Assembly: GCA_003249025.1 (NCBI GenBank)
Contig: QBMH01000130.1
Span: forward strand, 1-14,066
Origin: Leptolyngbya sp.
GTDB lineage: Bacteria; Cyanobacteriota; Cyanobacteriia; Leptolyngbyales; Leptolyngbyaceae
Reading direction: 5' to 3'
DNA length: 14,066 nt
Under the pieces are notes generated by a model, which saw nothing but the letters and a program-made list of their open reading frames with translations, searched no databases and had not been told where the DNA came from. The position numbers and the translations under genes are program-made. Shown piece after piece: positions 13,558 through 14,066 of the stretch (position 1 is the stretch's first letter; each line of letters opens with the position of its first letter).

Positions 13558-14066
13558 GTGGCTTTCCAATTATTAGATGATGGGTGAGGAGGATAAGATA
13601 GAAGGAGATCGCGTTACCTAGTGGAATGACCAAAAAATATATTGTTGATCTGACTTTAGAAGAGCGTGAATATCTCGAAGAATTTACCACGACTGGACGA
13701 CATGCAGCTTATCAAATCACCCGTGCTCGGATCTTACTGAAAGCCGACCGGAATCAACCAGGCGGTAGTTGGTGTGATGCAGAAATCCAAGCAGCCCTAG
13801 ACGTGGGAGTGGCCACCGTCGAACGAGTGCGACGATGTTTTGTCGAAGTTGGATTAGAAGCAAGTTTGAAACGGCAGCCAGGGGGTGGACGCAAACGCAA
13901 ACTCGATGGCGAGCAAGAAGCTCATTTAATCGCATTGCGCTGTAGTGATGCGCCTCCAGGACAGGCTCGTTGGACGCTGCGCTTACTGGCAGACCGGATG
14001 GTGGCGTTGGGGCAGGTCGAATCGATTAGCGATGAAACCGTGCGTCAGGTGCTAAAAAAAACGAAC
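13558..14066 (+). mobile_element. second, divergent IS630-family element (left end only, continues past window)
   Basis: The candidate left end is TA|GTGGCTTTCCA at 13556-13568. It shares GTGG..T..CA with the IR of the first copy and sits in a CTAG. The OrfA ATG is 68 nt inside. The right end is not in the window, so the boundary is provisional. A second CTAGTGG at 13618-13624 is an alternative, but it lies only a few nt from the ATG. Confidence 0.7.
13626..14066 (+). CDS. IS630-family transposase OrfA (open to window end)
   Basis: MTKKYIVDLTLEEREYLEEFTTTGRHAAYQITRARILLKAD...GQARWTLRLLADRMVALGQVESISDETVRQVLKKTN is roughly half identical by eye to the OrfA at 6359-6802. It ends in CTA AAA AAA ACG AAC, with the same in-phase A-run. 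It is missing from the ORF track because there is no stop before the window edge. Confidence 0.85.
   Translation, partial: MTKKYIVDLTLEEREYLEEFTTTGRHAAYQITRARILLKADRNQPGGSWCDAEIQAALDVGVATVERVRRCFVEVGLEASLKRQPGGGRKRKLDGEQEAHLIALRCSDAPPGQARWTLRLLADRMVALGQVESISDETVRQVLKKTN

Noticed and set aside
12654-13558. The 112-bp repeats as integron attC sites or a MITE
   Set aside because: I could not find terminal inverted repeats, R''/L''-L'/R' symmetry, a proper GTTRRRY core at the ends, or target-site duplications. No integrase is in the window.
5662-14066. Composite transposon formed by the two IS630 copies flanking the ABC-STAND-SWIM-brnTA block
   Set aside because: The two copies are only about half identical at protein level and have different IR sequences. 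The first copy has its own TA duplication. Most of the enclosed DNA (7048-12655) is HIP1-rich resident sequence.

Overview
The window looks like cyanobacterial chromosome. By eye I count 27 perfect HIP1 octamers (GCGATCGC), against about 0.2 expected by chance. I found no rRNA, tRNA or CRISPR array.

Gene content, left to right:
- A 5'-truncated membrane-protein gene with a strong intrinsic terminator.
- An orphan antitoxin-like gene.
- minC.
- A FIST-domain protein, divergent from a Cache-type sensor histidine kinase.
- A complete 1229-bp IS630-family element inserted in a CTAG that is the kinase stop codon.
- A TM287-like ABC half-exporter with a degenerate ATP site and no partner gene.
- A 164-aa ORF followed by an NB-ARC (STAND) NTPase ORF.
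- A convergent SWIM zinc-finger protein.
- A HIP1-free accessory tail: a brnTA toxin-antitoxin cassette bracketed by ~112-bp imperfect direct repeats, then a second, divergent IS630 copy that runs off the window.

The best candidate for something new is 8924-10656. The 164-aa ORF and the NTPase ORF are linked in the -1 frame through a correctly phased dnaX-type A_AAA_AAG slippery heptamer. An 11-bp perfect hairpin follows 4 nt later. The NTPase has no usable start of its own upstream of conserved sequence, and it lacks the C-terminal repeat sensor usual for STAND proteins. This is either a frameshift-regulated, sensor-less STAND system or a decaying gene, and sequence alone cannot decide between the two. 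All domain calls come from motif recognition by eye, not from database searches.
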